A DNA stretch of 64,000 nucleotides, taken from a virus. Positions 42,825-51,160 of the stretch are shown in pieces; the stretch's first letter is position 1, and every line of letters starts with the position of its first letter. The stretch lies in IMG/VR virus record IMGVR_UViG_3300035156_000175, positions 1-64,000 of that record, one strand, 5' to 3'. A program made the translations under genes and the position numbers. The notes beneath the pieces were generated by a model, which worked only from the letters and a program-made list of their open reading frames with translations, was not told the origin of the DNA and made no database searches.

Positions 42825-43031
42825 CTATAGCACCAACTTGCCGCGCGCCTCAAGCCACTTGCGCCCGCGCTCCTCGTGCACATAGGCTTGGCCGCCGTCA
42901 GGAGTTGCGTAGTGCTCGCCGCGCGACCAGATGCCGGTGTTGATCCGCTTCTGGACCGCGTTGGAGTCTTCGCCATAACGCTCGAGCCAGACATCGAGCG
43001 TGATCCAGCCATTCTGGTCAAGATCAGACAT
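42825..43031 (-). CDS. excisionase-like winged-helix DNA-binding protein (68 aa)
   Basis: ORF track 42825..43085. I prefer the ATG at 43031. WITLDVWLERYG...VQKRINTGIW..GEHYATPDGGQAYVH resembles Xis/DUF1233-type proteins, from recollection. Confidence 0.45.
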   Translation of the reverse strand: MSDLDQNGWITLDVWLERYGEDSNAVQKRINTGIWSRGEHYATPDGGQAYVHEERGRKWLEARGKLVL

Positions 43032-43278
43032 TTTTGTGCTCCTTTCTGTAGACGCCCATCGACACGACCGGATGCCCGGTTGCAAAAATATTCAGCGCGA
43101 TCGAGCCGCCAGCCACCAGCGCAGCAAGTTCTTCCTGGTTGGGGCGCCAGAAGGATGTGCTGCACGGGCCGAAGGTAGGATCCTTCCATGTCTGCACCGG
43201 CAGACTGTCGCATTCTTTCTCAGTACCTGGCGGCGCCGTGAATTCAAAATTACAGAGCGGGTGTTTAAAAAATTCCAT
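43024..43278 (-). CDS. hypothetical protein (84 aa)
   Basis: ORF track 43024..43302. I prefer the ATG at 43278, preceded by AAGGAG. Confidence 0.6.
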   Translation of the reverse strand: MEFFKHPLCNFEFTAPPGTEKECDSLPVQTWKDPTFGPCSTSFWRPNQEELAALVAGGSIALNIFATGHPVVSMGVYRKEHKNV

Positions 43279-43279
43279 A

Positions 43280-43678
43280 TTACTTCTCCTTTTCTCCAGC
43301 ATGCACCGTAACGACGATGCGATTTTTAAATACCAAGGTGTAGCCGTCCTTGATCACAGTACCGCTGCCCGCGAACTTGATTGATTCGCCGGTCCTGCCT
43401 CCCAGGATGTGTGCGCGCAAAGCGTCCAGATCCACACCTTCCACCCGCTCAATCCAGCGCAGCAGCGCGTGCTCTGAAATCAGCGGCTCGGTGCGCACCT
43501 GCTCCAGCTTCAGAATTTCCTTTTGCAGCTCTGCTGCCTTCAGCCTCAAGGTGCTTTCCTGCTTCTGCGCCGCGCGCGCAGCGTCATGAGCCTTTTGCGC
43601 ACTCTCTTGCGCGAAGCGCAATTCACGTTCCAGACGCTGCACCACCAGCGTCTGTTCAGCCGGAGAAATGTTTTTCAT
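43280..43678 (-). CDS. coiled-coil protein with a DUF4258-like (RelE/BECR-fold toxin-like) C-terminal domain (132 aa)
   Basis: AAGGAG RBS. The C-terminal ISEHALLRWIERVEGVDLDALRAHIL...GYTLVFKNRIVVTVH matches the HA..R..ER...VVT pattern I recall for DUF4258. Confidence 0.45.
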   Translation of the reverse strand: MKNISPAEQTLVVQRLERELRFAQESAQKAHDAARAAQKQESTLRLKAAELQKEILKLEQVRTEPLISEHALLRWIERVEGVDLDALRAHILGGRTGESIKFAGSGTVIKDGYTLVFKNRIVVTVHAGEKEK

Positions 43679-43687
43679 CTTATCTCC

Positions 43688-45853
43688 TTAGAAACGAATG
43701 ATGTTGTCGGCGAATGCATCGGACAGGTCCGAGTGCGTCACCAGAATGGTCTGCGCAAAGCCTGATGTGGCAAGCAGCCCCAGCATCGCGGTCTCGCGCT
43801 CATCGTTACACGCCGCGGCCGGCTCGTCCAGCATGACGAAGTCGACATTGGTGAGGAACGTTTTGGTAAGCGCAAAGCGCATGCCCAGGCCCAGTACATC
43901 TTCGGCCGAACCGGACAGGCCGGTCACAGGGCGGCCATTGATTTTAAAGCGGCCGTCCTCCCGGGTCAGCGTTGAAGGCTCGCCCCGCACGTCCGACGTA
44001 TAGGCCGAACTGGCGCTGAGCACGATCGTCCACAGCTTGTCGGTAACCGCTGGGCGCGCCGCCTGCAGCTTTTTGATCAGGAGGTTGTTTTCTTCCATTT
44101 CGATCAGCTCCGCTTCAAACTGGGCCAGCTGCTCTTTCGCGCGCTCTGCGTTCGCCAGCATCAGCGACTTGCGCTGGCACGCCATGTCATAGGCCAGGTG
44201 CGCCGCCCGTACGGCGTTCGTATGGTACTGCTCCTGCTCCGACAGGGCGCCGACCTGCGCGTCCAGCTCCAGGGCCTGCGTGAGCGTTTCACGCGCGTCT
44301 TTCAGCGCCAGCTCGGACATATCCTCCTGCCACACCATCAGATCGACCTGAGCGTTGGTGAGCTGGCACTGCGCCGCTTCCGCCTCTACCTGCCGCCGCT
44401 CGTACGCCCGCTGCGCGGCCAACAGCTCATCGAGCTTTGGCTGGTAGTCGAACGGGATGCCCGCCGGGCCAGTCCACGTCCACTGCGCCGGCACCACGCT
44501 CTCGTCAAGCGAGATGTAGCGCGCGGCGCGGCCGTACAGACCCTGCAGCTTTTCGTGCGTGCCCAGGACAGCGCGCAGGTCGGTCAGGTATTCTGTGGCG
44601 GCCTGGTATGCCAGCTGCGTCGAAAGCGCCTCGCCTTCCAGCAGTGACAAATCAGCAGCTGGCTGCGCCTCCAGCGCCTTGATCTGCTCGTACAGCGGGT
44701 TGTTGATCAAAGCAACTTCGGGCACGTCCTTCAGGTCCTTGCCACAGAAAGCGCAAGACTCCTCCAGCACAAGCTTGCCGGTCAGGCGCGCGACCTGCAC
44801 CTGCACGGAAGACTTGCGGGCCTTCTCCGCATCCTGGGCATCACGCAACGCCTGACGGGTCCGGATCTGCTCTGCGTCGGCCTGACGCTGCGTCTCCTGG
44901 GCTTTCTCAATCTCAGCCTGCAGCGCCTCCAGCGGCTCGTCCCACTGCATTGCAGTGTCGGCAGCCTTCAGTTCGTTGTGCAGCTTGTTGGCGGCGGTCA
45001 GATCCTTCTGGTCCGCGATCTGCTGGCGCAACGCCTCGATCGCTGCCGCGTCCACCGGTGCCGGCATTGTGCGTTTCAGCTGTTCCTCTGCCGTGCGGAT
45101 AGCCTCAGTGGTTGCTTCGATCTTCGACTGCAGCACCTTTTCGCGCGTCAGGATGTCGCGGGCCTGCTCAACATCGAGCATAGCCAGCTTTGCCTTCTCG
45201 TCCGTCAGCAGCTTTGCCGCTTTCTTCTGCAGCGCTTCTGCCCTCTTCAGATCCTGCTCCAGCTCCAGGGTGTTGTCGACGAAGTCGGCTGGCGCGGCCT
45301 GTTCGCGCAGGCGCTCGATCATCGACTTCTTCAGGTCAGTGTTCCCGGATGGGAGCTTCTCCCGCACCAGGCCAGCCAGCTCATCGATCAGGCTGAGATC
45401 GGCCAGGTCTTCAATGATGCGTCCTGCAGCGGTCGGACCTTCCGAGAGCGCGCCGGCCAAGTCCTTTTGCTTTGCCAGCAGCAGTTTGCTGGCCATGCTG
45501 GCGGAGGCGCCGAGCAGCTTTTCGACCACACTCGTGACTTCCTTCTGGCCGGAGACGCGGCCGCCATCCCAGATCAGTTCGGCGCCCTTCGGCGAGCGCG
45601 CCAGCACATAGTCGACGGCCGCCACGCTAAAGCCCACTTCAGCGCTCAGCTTGTTGACCGGTACGTCGTAGGTGACGACATCAGCGATAGGCTCCTTCAG
45701 GCCAGCGGCGCCGAAGAAAGCATAGGTGATGGCCTCGAGCAGGGTGGACTTGCCCTGCTCATTGTCCGCACGCAGGGCGTTGATGCCAGGCGTGAATTCC
45801 ACCCGGCGCGCCGCATGCTTGCGGAAGTTGGTGACTTCAAGGTATTTCAGCAT
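43688..45853 (-). CDS. Rad50/SbcC-like SMC-type ATPase (721 aa)
   Basis: Walker A ADNEQGKST, a long coiled-coil middle, signature-like LSGSAED and Walker B VMLDEP. Confidence 0.85.
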   Translation of the reverse strand: MLKYLEVTNFRKHAARRVEFTPGINALRADNEQGKSTLLEAITYAFFGAAGLKEPIADVVTYDVPVNKLSAEVGFSVAAVDYVLARSPKGAELIWDGGRVSGQKEVTSVVEKLLGASASMASKLLLAKQKDLAGALSEGPTAAGRIIEDLADLSLIDELAGLVREKLPSGNTDLKKSMIERLREQAAPADFVDNTLELEQDLKRAEALQKKAAKLLTDEKAKLAMLDVEQARDILTREKVLQSKIEATTEAIRTAEEQLKRTMPAPVDAAAIEALRQQIADQKDLTAANKLHNELKAADTAMQWDEPLEALQAEIEKAQETQRQADAEQIRTRQALRDAQDAEKARKSSVQVQVARLTGKLVLEESCAFCGKDLKDVPEVALINNPLYEQIKALEAQPAADLSLLEGEALSTQLAYQAATEYLTDLRAVLGTHEKLQGLYGRAARYISLDESVVPAQWTWTGPAGIPFDYQPKLDELLAAQRAYERRQVEAEAAQCQLTNAQVDLMVWQEDMSELALKDARETLTQALELDAQVGALSEQEQYHTNAVRAAHLAYDMACQRKSLMLANAERAKEQLAQFEAELIEMEENNLLIKKLQAARPAVTDKLWTIVLSASSAYTSDVRGEPSTLTREDGRFKINGRPVTGLSGSAEDVLGLGMRFALTKTFLTNVDFVMLDEPAAACNDERETAMLGLLATSGFAQTILVTHSDLSDAFADNIIRF

Positions 45854-46869
45854 GATTGTTCTTTCAGTTTTTCCAGCTTCGCGATTTCCGCCGGCGTGAG
45901 CACTTCTTTCAGCGCCTCGAAGACGTCGAACGACGTCACCTCTTCGTGACTGAGTGCCAGCTCGGCAGCGTCGTTGACGCCTTCAATTTTCACAGCATTG
46001 GTGATCACCAAAACTTGCGCGCTGGCACGAAACTTGCTGATGGCGGTAACCACCTGCGAGGCTTCCGCGGCCGTGGCATAGCCCGTGACACGGATGAAGC
46101 GCCCTTCGTCGCGCAGCTCGCGCCAGTCCTGCTCGCTGTAGTCGCCGGCGGCGTACCAGGTGGGCAGGAAAGTCGGCTCGCCGTTGTCGATACGCAGCAG
46201 GCGCTTGAACGTAGTCTCCAGGCAGTCAGCCACTGATGAAGGGAACTGATTCCCGACGACCAGCACCTTGCCTCCCAAGGCGCGGCGCGCTTTGTGCTCG
46301 TGAGCGAAGATGATGTGCTTCACCGGCGCCGCCTTGGCCTGCTCTTCCGACATGTTCAAGCTGTGGTCCTTCTCGACCGCGAACTTGTTGTCGTAGTTGC
46401 AGTGCACGAACAGGTATTCGCATTCAGGCACGGCCGCCATGGCCAAGTTGAACAGGTCCTGATTCGGCAGATGCGGGATCATGTAGCCGTATGGCGTCAT
46501 GGTCGGCTCGGTGATGTGATGCACCGCGCCGACATAGCCGCCGTCCTTCAGCAGCGCCGCCAGGAACTGGAAGCTGCTGAAGTTGGTGCTGTTGGTCGAC
46601 AGGTCGTGATTCCCGTTCACCAGAAACAGATCCTTGCCTGTCCGGACAAGCCAGTCGTCCAGAATGTGGTAAGCGCGCAGCAGGTCCTGCTTGCTGATGT
46701 CGTGGCCGTCGAACAGATCGCCGCCGATGCACAGGTCCGTGTCGATCGTGTAGAGCAGCTCCTCGAACTGCTTGAGCAGGTCAAGGCGCAGCTGATAGGC
46801 CGTGGCCTGGGTCGTGCCGCCGGTGCGGTTGGCGCCCAGGTGCAGGTCTGAAATGAAAGTCAGATTCAT
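45847..46869 (-). CDS. Mre11/SbcD-like nuclease (340 aa)
   Basis: Phosphoesterase motifs SDLHLG, GGDLFDG, GNHD and AHEH. Coupled to the Rad50-like gene. Confidence 0.85.
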   Translation of the reverse strand: MNLTFISDLHLGANRTGGTTQATAYQLRLDLLKQFEELLYTIDTDLCIGGDLFDGHDISKQDLLRAYHILDDWLVRTGKDLFLVNGNHDLSTNSTNFSSFQFLAALLKDGGYVGAVHHITEPTMTPYGYMIPHLPNQDLFNLAMAAVPECEYLFVHCNYDNKFAVEKDHSLNMSEEQAKAAPVKHIIFAHEHKARRALGGKVLVVGNQFPSSVADCLETTFKRLLRIDNGEPTFLPTWYAAGDYSEQDWRELRDEGRFIRVTGYATAAEASQVVTAISKFRASAQVLVITNAVKIEGVNDAAELALSHEEVTSFDVFEALKEVLTPAEIAKLEKLKEQSC

Positions 46870-47084
46870 AAGACAATGTCCGTAGAGAGCAGCTTGTTGA
46901 GTTTGGCGATCGCGGCGTCAGCGCGATCCCTCTTATTGCGCGCTGCCTGACGCCGCTTGCGAATGCGACTGGCCTCGCTATCGTGATAGTCGATATCTCG
47001 CGTGTAATACGCTTCGTCACCCAGGGCGCTGGAGCGCCGCGCCATCGCGTCGTTCAGTTTCTTCTCGACGGTTGAGCGCTTCAT
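46866..47084 (-). CDS. hypothetical basic protein (72 aa)
   Basis: ORF track. ATGA overlap with the downstream gene. Confidence 0.6.
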   Translation of the reverse strand: MKRSTVEKKLNDAMARRSSALGDEAYYTRDIDYHDSEASRIRKRRQAARNKRDRADAAIAKLNKLLSTDIVL

Positions 47085-47524
47085 GGCACCACCCCCGGCA
47101 GACCGAAAATATATTCCATCACATCTTTCACTTTCGGGAAGGTCGGCAGCGCCGACAGGTCCCAGCTGGGCACGCCACTGACGAAGAACTCAATCGGCGC
47201 CACGCGCCACACCTTCTCTGGCATGTGGCAGACAATGACCCAGCCCTCGCCGCCGGCCATAGCGAACTTCTTCATGCGCGCGCGCTTATCGTCGGAGAAG
47301 TTTTTGGCCGGCAGGCGGAAGGCATGTGCCACCTCCTTCACCTCCACCAACGAGGCGTGCCCGTTATGCAGCACGCCAAAGTCGGCCGGCGTGACCTGGA
47401 ACGAGCCGGCCCGAGCGTCAGGGTATCGGTACGCCCAGTAGGCCGCCTCGGCATCGCTGCGCTTGTCCATCCACTTCTTTACTTCCTTCTCAGACCACTT
47501 GCCGCGTGTTCCTGCTGTTGCCAT
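47081..47524 (-). CDS. PD-(D/E)XK nuclease, VRR-NUC/Hjc-like (147 aa)
   Basis: ORF track 47081..47890. I prefer the ATG at 47524, preceded by AAGGAG. D...EVK motif in TPADFGVLHNGHASLVEVKEV. Confidence 0.6.
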   Translation of the reverse strand: MATAGTRGKWSEKEVKKWMDKRSDAEAAYWAYRYPDARAGSFQVTPADFGVLHNGHASLVEVKEVAHAFRLPAKNFSDDKRARMKKFAMAGGEGWVIVCHMPEKVWRVAPIEFFVSGVPSWDLSALPTFPKVKDVMEYIFGLPGVVP

Positions 47525-47534
47525 GTCATTCTCC

Positions 47535-47777
47535 TTATAGTCCAGAATCCCGCACACGGCGGGCTGGCGGTGGTGGCGGTGGTGGTGGGATGCTGTCTGA
47601 TCCACGGGCCGCACGCGCCATCGTTTGCAGGTTGCATCCCGAGCAGCGTGCATCGCTACGATAAATGCAGGGCACCAAGCCGAAGAAGATCCGGCCCGGA
47701 ACCGCAGCACACCTGCCCTTGTGATAGTGAATGCAGTCGACAAACGGAATGTGCCCTGACGGGCATCCTTCATCCAT
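47535..47777 (-). CDS. Cys-rich protein with a poly-Pro tract (80 aa)
   Basis: AGGAGG RBS then ATG at 47777. It fills the gap between two genes exactly. Contains a PPPPPPPP run. Confidence 0.5.
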   Translation of the reverse strand: MDEGCPSGHIPFVDCIHYHKGRCAAVPGRIFFGLVPCIYRSDARCSGCNLQTMARAARGSDSIPPPPPPPPARRVRDSGL

Positions 47778-47778
47778 G

Positions 47779-48264
47779 TCATCCTCCTAATTTCGCAAGT
47801 GCGTCGGTGATGTGGTCTTCCACCGCATCGATCTTTGCCTGCAGTGCGTCGGCATACGCCAGAGAGCGCCCGAGCATCGCTGTCCGGCACGCCTCACTCA
47901 AGAGCTTGAGCTGTTTCTGCGCCGCCAGCAGCTCTTCGACCGCGTCGTGAACGCATTGCATGGCGCCCCCTTCTGGCGTGGGCGTTTTCGCGGAGGCTTG
48001 CGGCGTGACGTAAAAGGTAAGCACAAAGCTCGGGATCAGCGGCCCCTTTTCAGGCGCGGCGCCAATACCTAGGGCGCTAAAGCCGTACGCGGAATGATCT
48101 TCTAAGAGCCAATCCACCATGTGGTCCCTATGCTCTTCCCAGCCTGGAGGAGCCACAGTGCCCTTGATCTGCACACGCAAGCCGTTTGGGCCGTGCTCAA
48201 CAGTCCGGCTACTGATGCCAGGCTGGTCAATGATGGCGTGCACCCACTGCATCAGCGCGCTCAT
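47779..48264 (-). CDS. hypothetical protein (161 aa)
   Basis: ORF track. ATGA overlap with the thyA stop. Confidence 0.65.
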   Translation of the reverse strand: MSALMQWVHAIIDQPGISSRTVEHGPNGLRVQIKGTVAPPGWEEHRDHMVDWLLEDHSAYGFSALGIGAAPEKGPLIPSFVLTFYVTPQASAKTPTPEGGAMQCVHDAVEELLAAQKQLKLLSEACRTAMLGRSLAYADALQAKIDAVEDHITDALAKLGG

Positions 48265-49166
48265 ACCGCCATCGGCGCGGTCAGCGCCCCGTAAGATTCG
48301 TAGCCTTCAAGCCAGATGCAATCAGGCGTCAGATCGTCAAGCAGCATCTCCAGCGGGACATCGATTGCTTTGTTGCTGGTGCCGTCAAAGGAGCGTCCCG
48401 GGATATCGAGCACGAGTTTTGGCAACGGCTGCGGCTCGCGCGTGAGCTGCTCGTCGACCTGGTCGAGGTGGTTCACATAGATGTGAGCGTCGGCCAGGAA
48501 CATCGTCAGCGTGCCGGCCGTGTAACCTGACCAGGCGGCGAACAGCTCGAGCAGCAGAGCGTATGACGCGATGTTGAACGGCACGCCCAGGAACATGTCG
48601 CAGCTACGCTGGTACATCGTCATGTGCAGCACCTTGGAGTCGACGTGCGGCAGCAGCTGGAACAGGACATGGCACGGCGGCAGCGCGGCTTGGTCCAGCT
48701 CTGCCGGGTTCCAGGCGTTGACGAGGATCCGACGGCTTTCTGGATTGTTGCGCAGCGTGTCGAGCGCCACAGCGATCTGATCGACACCGGGCCGGCCGTG
48801 TTCATTGCCGTAAGGGTTCTCACCGAAGCGGCGCCAGCCGTGGCTGTAGCCCAGGCGCCCCAGGTCATCGTGGCCCTTGCGGTACGGGCTGGCCAGCCAT
48901 TGCTTGTTCTCGTTGGCGTTCTCATCCCACTTTTTGAAGCCAAGGGCACGGAAGTCCGCAGCTGACGTGCAGCCGCGCAGGAAGCCAATCAGCTCGCCCT
49001 TAACGGCCTTGAACGCCAGACGTTTGGTGGTGACAGCCGGGAAGCCGTCGCGCAGGTCGAACTTGAGCATGGCGCCGGGCAGCGTCAGGGTGTCGATGCC
49101 CGTGCGGTTGCCCTGGCGGATGCCGTTGTTGCGGATGTCACGGAGGAGGTCGAGATATTGTTTCAT
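48261..49166 (-). CDS. thyA: thymidylate synthase
   Basis: MKQYLDLLRDI..NG....RTG, AWNPAELD..ALPPCH, YQRSCDMFLGVPFNIASYALL and the C-terminal APMAV all match ThyA closely. Confidence 0.9.
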   Translation of the reverse strand: MKQYLDLLRDIRNNGIRQGNRTGIDTLTLPGAMLKFDLRDGFPAVTTKRLAFKAVKGELIGFLRGCTSAADFRALGFKKWDENANENKQWLASPYRKGHDDLGRLGYSHGWRRFGENPYGNEHGRPGVDQIAVALDTLRNNPESRRILVNAWNPAELDQAALPPCHVLFQLLPHVDSKVLHMTMYQRSCDMFLGVPFNIASYALLLELFAAWSGYTAGTLTMFLADAHIYVNHLDQVDEQLTREPQPLPKLVLDIPGRSFDGTSNKAIDVPLEMLLDDLTPDCIWLEGYESYGALTAPMAV

Positions 49167-49168
49167 TA

Positions 49169-49291
49169 TTATTCGCTTTCAGATTTATTGGTGAGGTAGT
49201 GGTGAAAGATGACGGCGGCCAGACAGCCGACCGCCATGATGCCGGCGCCGACCAGCATGCCGACGATGTAGGTGTCGTAGCACGGATTCAT
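49169..49291 (-). CDS. tiny membrane protein (40 aa)
   Basis: Below the track cutoff. GGAAGGA RBS. Translation MNPCYDTYIVGMLVGAGIMAVGCLAAVIFHHYLTNKSESE. ATGA overlap with the upstream small ORF. Confidence 0.45.
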   Translation of the reverse strand: MNPCYDTYIVGMLVGAGIMAVGCLAAVIFHHYLTNKSESE

Positions 49292-49431
49292 ACGTTTTCC
49301 TTCCCTGAGTCAGGGCGTGATGAGGGCGGCTTGTCTCGATCGACAATGCCGCGGTACGCATAACCAATCCACATGCAGGCAAGACTAAAGCCCACTCCGG
49401 CCAGAGCGCTCAAAAGGTTAGTGGCGCTCAT
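49288..49431 (-). CDS. tiny membrane protein (47 aa)
   Basis: Below the track cutoff. The ATG shares a base with the ligase stop (TGATG). Translation MSATNLLSALAGVGFSLACMWIGYAYRGIVDRDKPPSSRPDSGKENV. Confidence 0.45.
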   Translation of the reverse strand: MSATNLLSALAGVGFSLACMWIGYAYRGIVDRDKPPSSRPDSGKENV

Positions 49432-50390
49432 CACAGCCCCAGCTTTGCGATCAAGGCCAAGTCCGCTGGCGTCATGTCCTGGCGCGAGCGCAGGGTGACG
49501 AAGCGCGCGTGGCGCGGCGCGTCCTTGACACCGGTGTCGAGCGAGCGGTACTTCGCCGGATGGCCCACGACCAGCGCCGGCTCGTTGAACGCCGCGATCC
49601 GCTCGTCATGCGTCATCGCGCCAGGCCCCAGACGAATAGGCTGGCCAGACAGCACGTCCGTCGCCAGGATCGTGCCCACCATGCCGTTGCCGACCTTGTT
49701 CTCCTTGTGGGAGCTGCGCTCGGTGCGGCCCAGGCTGTTGATCTTGGCTTCGTTGTTGTTGGTCTCAGCCTCTTCAAAGCCGGTGATGATGCAGTCCTTG
49801 TCCGAGACTGGCTTGTCGCGCCAGAAGTCGTTGCCCTTCGCAGTGGCGCGGCCGGACTTGTGCTTGGCTTTTGGATCGCGGAAGATGGCGCCTTCGTAGA
49901 TGGCCGAGTATTTGGCGGCCAGCGCGCGTGCCTCGTCGGCGTTGTTGACCACTTCGTAAGGCAGCAGCGAAATGTTCTCGTCATCCTGCAGCGCGTCCAG
50001 GTACAGCTCAAGCGCCTGGTAACGCTCGCCGTAGGTCAGGTGCGCGACGTCCGGATGCAGCCAGTCGAAGAGGTTGAGCACCGCGTTCGTCGGCAGCTCG
50101 GTCTCGCCTTTTTTGAGCTTTGCTCGCAGGGTCAGTCCAGTAGTCGCGCTGCACAGGTCGTCGCCAGTCAGGCGCCCGTCGATCGTCAGCTCGCCATCAA
50201 AGCCTTCGTACGCGGCGTTGGTGAACTTGGCCACGAGCGCCGTGTTTTTGAAAGCATCCATCGAGCGGCCGGCCAGGTGGCCATGAAAGTGCTGGGCGCG
50301 GACGCCATCGATTTTCGGGAAGATCCACAGAGGGTAGCGGGCCTTGTCGTAATCCATGTCGACTGCGAGGGTAGGGAGGGTACGGGTCAT
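49431..50390 (-). CDS. ATP-dependent DNA ligase (319 aa)
   Basis: Adenylation motif PKIDGVRA (KxDG), plus FDGELT and EGAIFRD. I prefer the ATG at 50390, just after the upstream stop. Confidence 0.85.
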   Translation of the reverse strand: MTRTLPTLAVDMDYDKARYPLWIFPKIDGVRAQHFHGHLAGRSMDAFKNTALVAKFTNAAYEGFDGELTIDGRLTGDDLCSATTGLTLRAKLKKGETELPTNAVLNLFDWLHPDVAHLTYGERYQALELYLDALQDDENISLLPYEVVNNADEARALAAKYSAIYEGAIFRDPKAKHKSGRATAKGNDFWRDKPVSDKDCIITGFEEAETNNNEAKINSLGRTERSSHKENKVGNGMVGTILATDVLSGQPIRLGPGAMTHDERIAAFNEPALVVGHPAKYRSLDTGVKDAPRHARFVTLRSRQDMTPADLALIAKLGL

Positions 50391-50391
50391 G

Positions 50392-50604
50392 TTATTTTTG
50401 CTCCACGTTGATGGTGACGTCTGCGTCAAAATAGTTGGGCAGTTCGACAAAATCTGAATTCAGAGACTGCCAGCCGCCGTCGTCCTTTAACCGCACTTTC
50501 ACACCGTGCATATGGTTCAGATAGTTGGCCAAGTGTTGGGCCAGAGTGGACTTGCCAGCACCGGCGGCGCCGTCGATGGTGATGGTGATTTTAGGTTTGC
50601 TCAT
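50392..50604 (-). CDS. minimal P-loop protein (70 aa)
   Basis: Walker A GAAGAGKST at residues 12-20. It is too short for a full NTPase fold. Confidence 0.6.
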   Translation of the reverse strand: MSKPKITITIDGAAGAGKSTLAQHLANYLNHMHGVKVRLKDDGGWQSLNSDFVELPNYFDADVTINVEQK

Positions 50605-50613
50605 TTTCTTCTT

Positions 50614-50958
50614 TCAGGTGGTGAGGGAGTACATCTGGCGCGCCAGCTGCTGCAGGCGCATGATTTCTTTGTCGACCTCTTCGAGATGAATCTCGACGGT
50701 CGCGTGGTCCACGAGGAAGACGCAGTTCGGGTGCGCCTTGTCGTTCGGGCACATGGTGCGCCAGTTCCAGTCATGCGGCAGCACTTCAAACTTCACTGAA
50801 GCGTGATTCCGGCCGCCGCCATGAAACTGCTTTTCCAGTTGTCGGACATAGGTGATGTGGTGCGCATACACATAGACCGCCCGGCCCAGGTTGGCCATAG
50901 CAGCGGCTTGCGCCAGCATGCGGGTGGTGCGGCCGGTCTGGCGAAGATGAAGATTCAT
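50614..50958 (-). CDS. hypothetical protein (114 aa), TGRTTR motif
   Basis: ORF track. AAGGAAG RBS. Confidence 0.65.
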   Translation of the reverse strand: MNLHLRQTGRTTRMLAQAAAMANLGRAVYVYAHHITYVRQLEKQFHGGGRNHASVKFEVLPHDWNWRTMCPNDKAHPNCVFLVDHATVEIHLEEVDKEIMRLQQLARQMYSLTT

Positions 50959-50968
50959 GCGTCTTCCT

Positions 50969-51160
50969 TTAAAGTTTTACGTGGGTGCCATCACACAGCC
51001 GGTGAAGGAAGCACCACGGGTCGTTGTAGGGATGTTGGCGATATTCTTTGCCACAGGCGTCACATATACAGCCGCCGCCGGCGCGCCGGAAGTCTGGGCA
51101 CGGCACAGACTTCCGGTCTTGCTCCATCCGATCCTCGTCCGCGATCGAGATGTACTTCAC
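50969..51160 (-). CDS. Cys-rich small protein (63 aa)
   Basis: GTG start overlaps the polymerase stop (GTGA). AAGGAGG RBS. CPD...GGCICDACG...C...C pattern. Confidence 0.6.
   Translation of the reverse strand: MKYISIADEDRMEQDRKSVPCPDFRRAGGGCICDACGKEYRQHPYNDPWCFLHRLCDGTHVKL

Noticed and set aside
42825-43031. Prophage integration module inferred from the Xis-like gene
   Set aside because: No integrase, att-like repeat or tRNA target is present in the window. The gene is the last of the replication operon, next to a bidirectional terminator, so a generic DNA-binding role is equally likely.
47525-47890. N-terminal extension of the PD-(D/E)XK nuclease ORF, and similar extensions of ORFs 10063..10791, 21109..22035 and 57308..57697
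   Set aside because: The extended parts overlap better-supported upstream genes or regulatory hairpins and lack RBS sequences. The internal starts have strong RBS sequences or ATGA/GTGA coupling.
48261-49166. Idea that the ThyA homolog is a dUMP/dCMP hydroxymethylase feeding a DNA hypermodification pathway (with dNMP kinase and MazG nearby)
   Set aside because: The sequence keeps the canonical ThyA features I can check by eye: the PFNIAS Asn (dUMP specificity), the catalytic PPCH, and the C-terminal APMAV closure motif. No hydroxymethyl-dU kinase, glycosyltransferase, radical SAM or PLP enzyme is nearby. The 351-aa orphan remains a separate open question.
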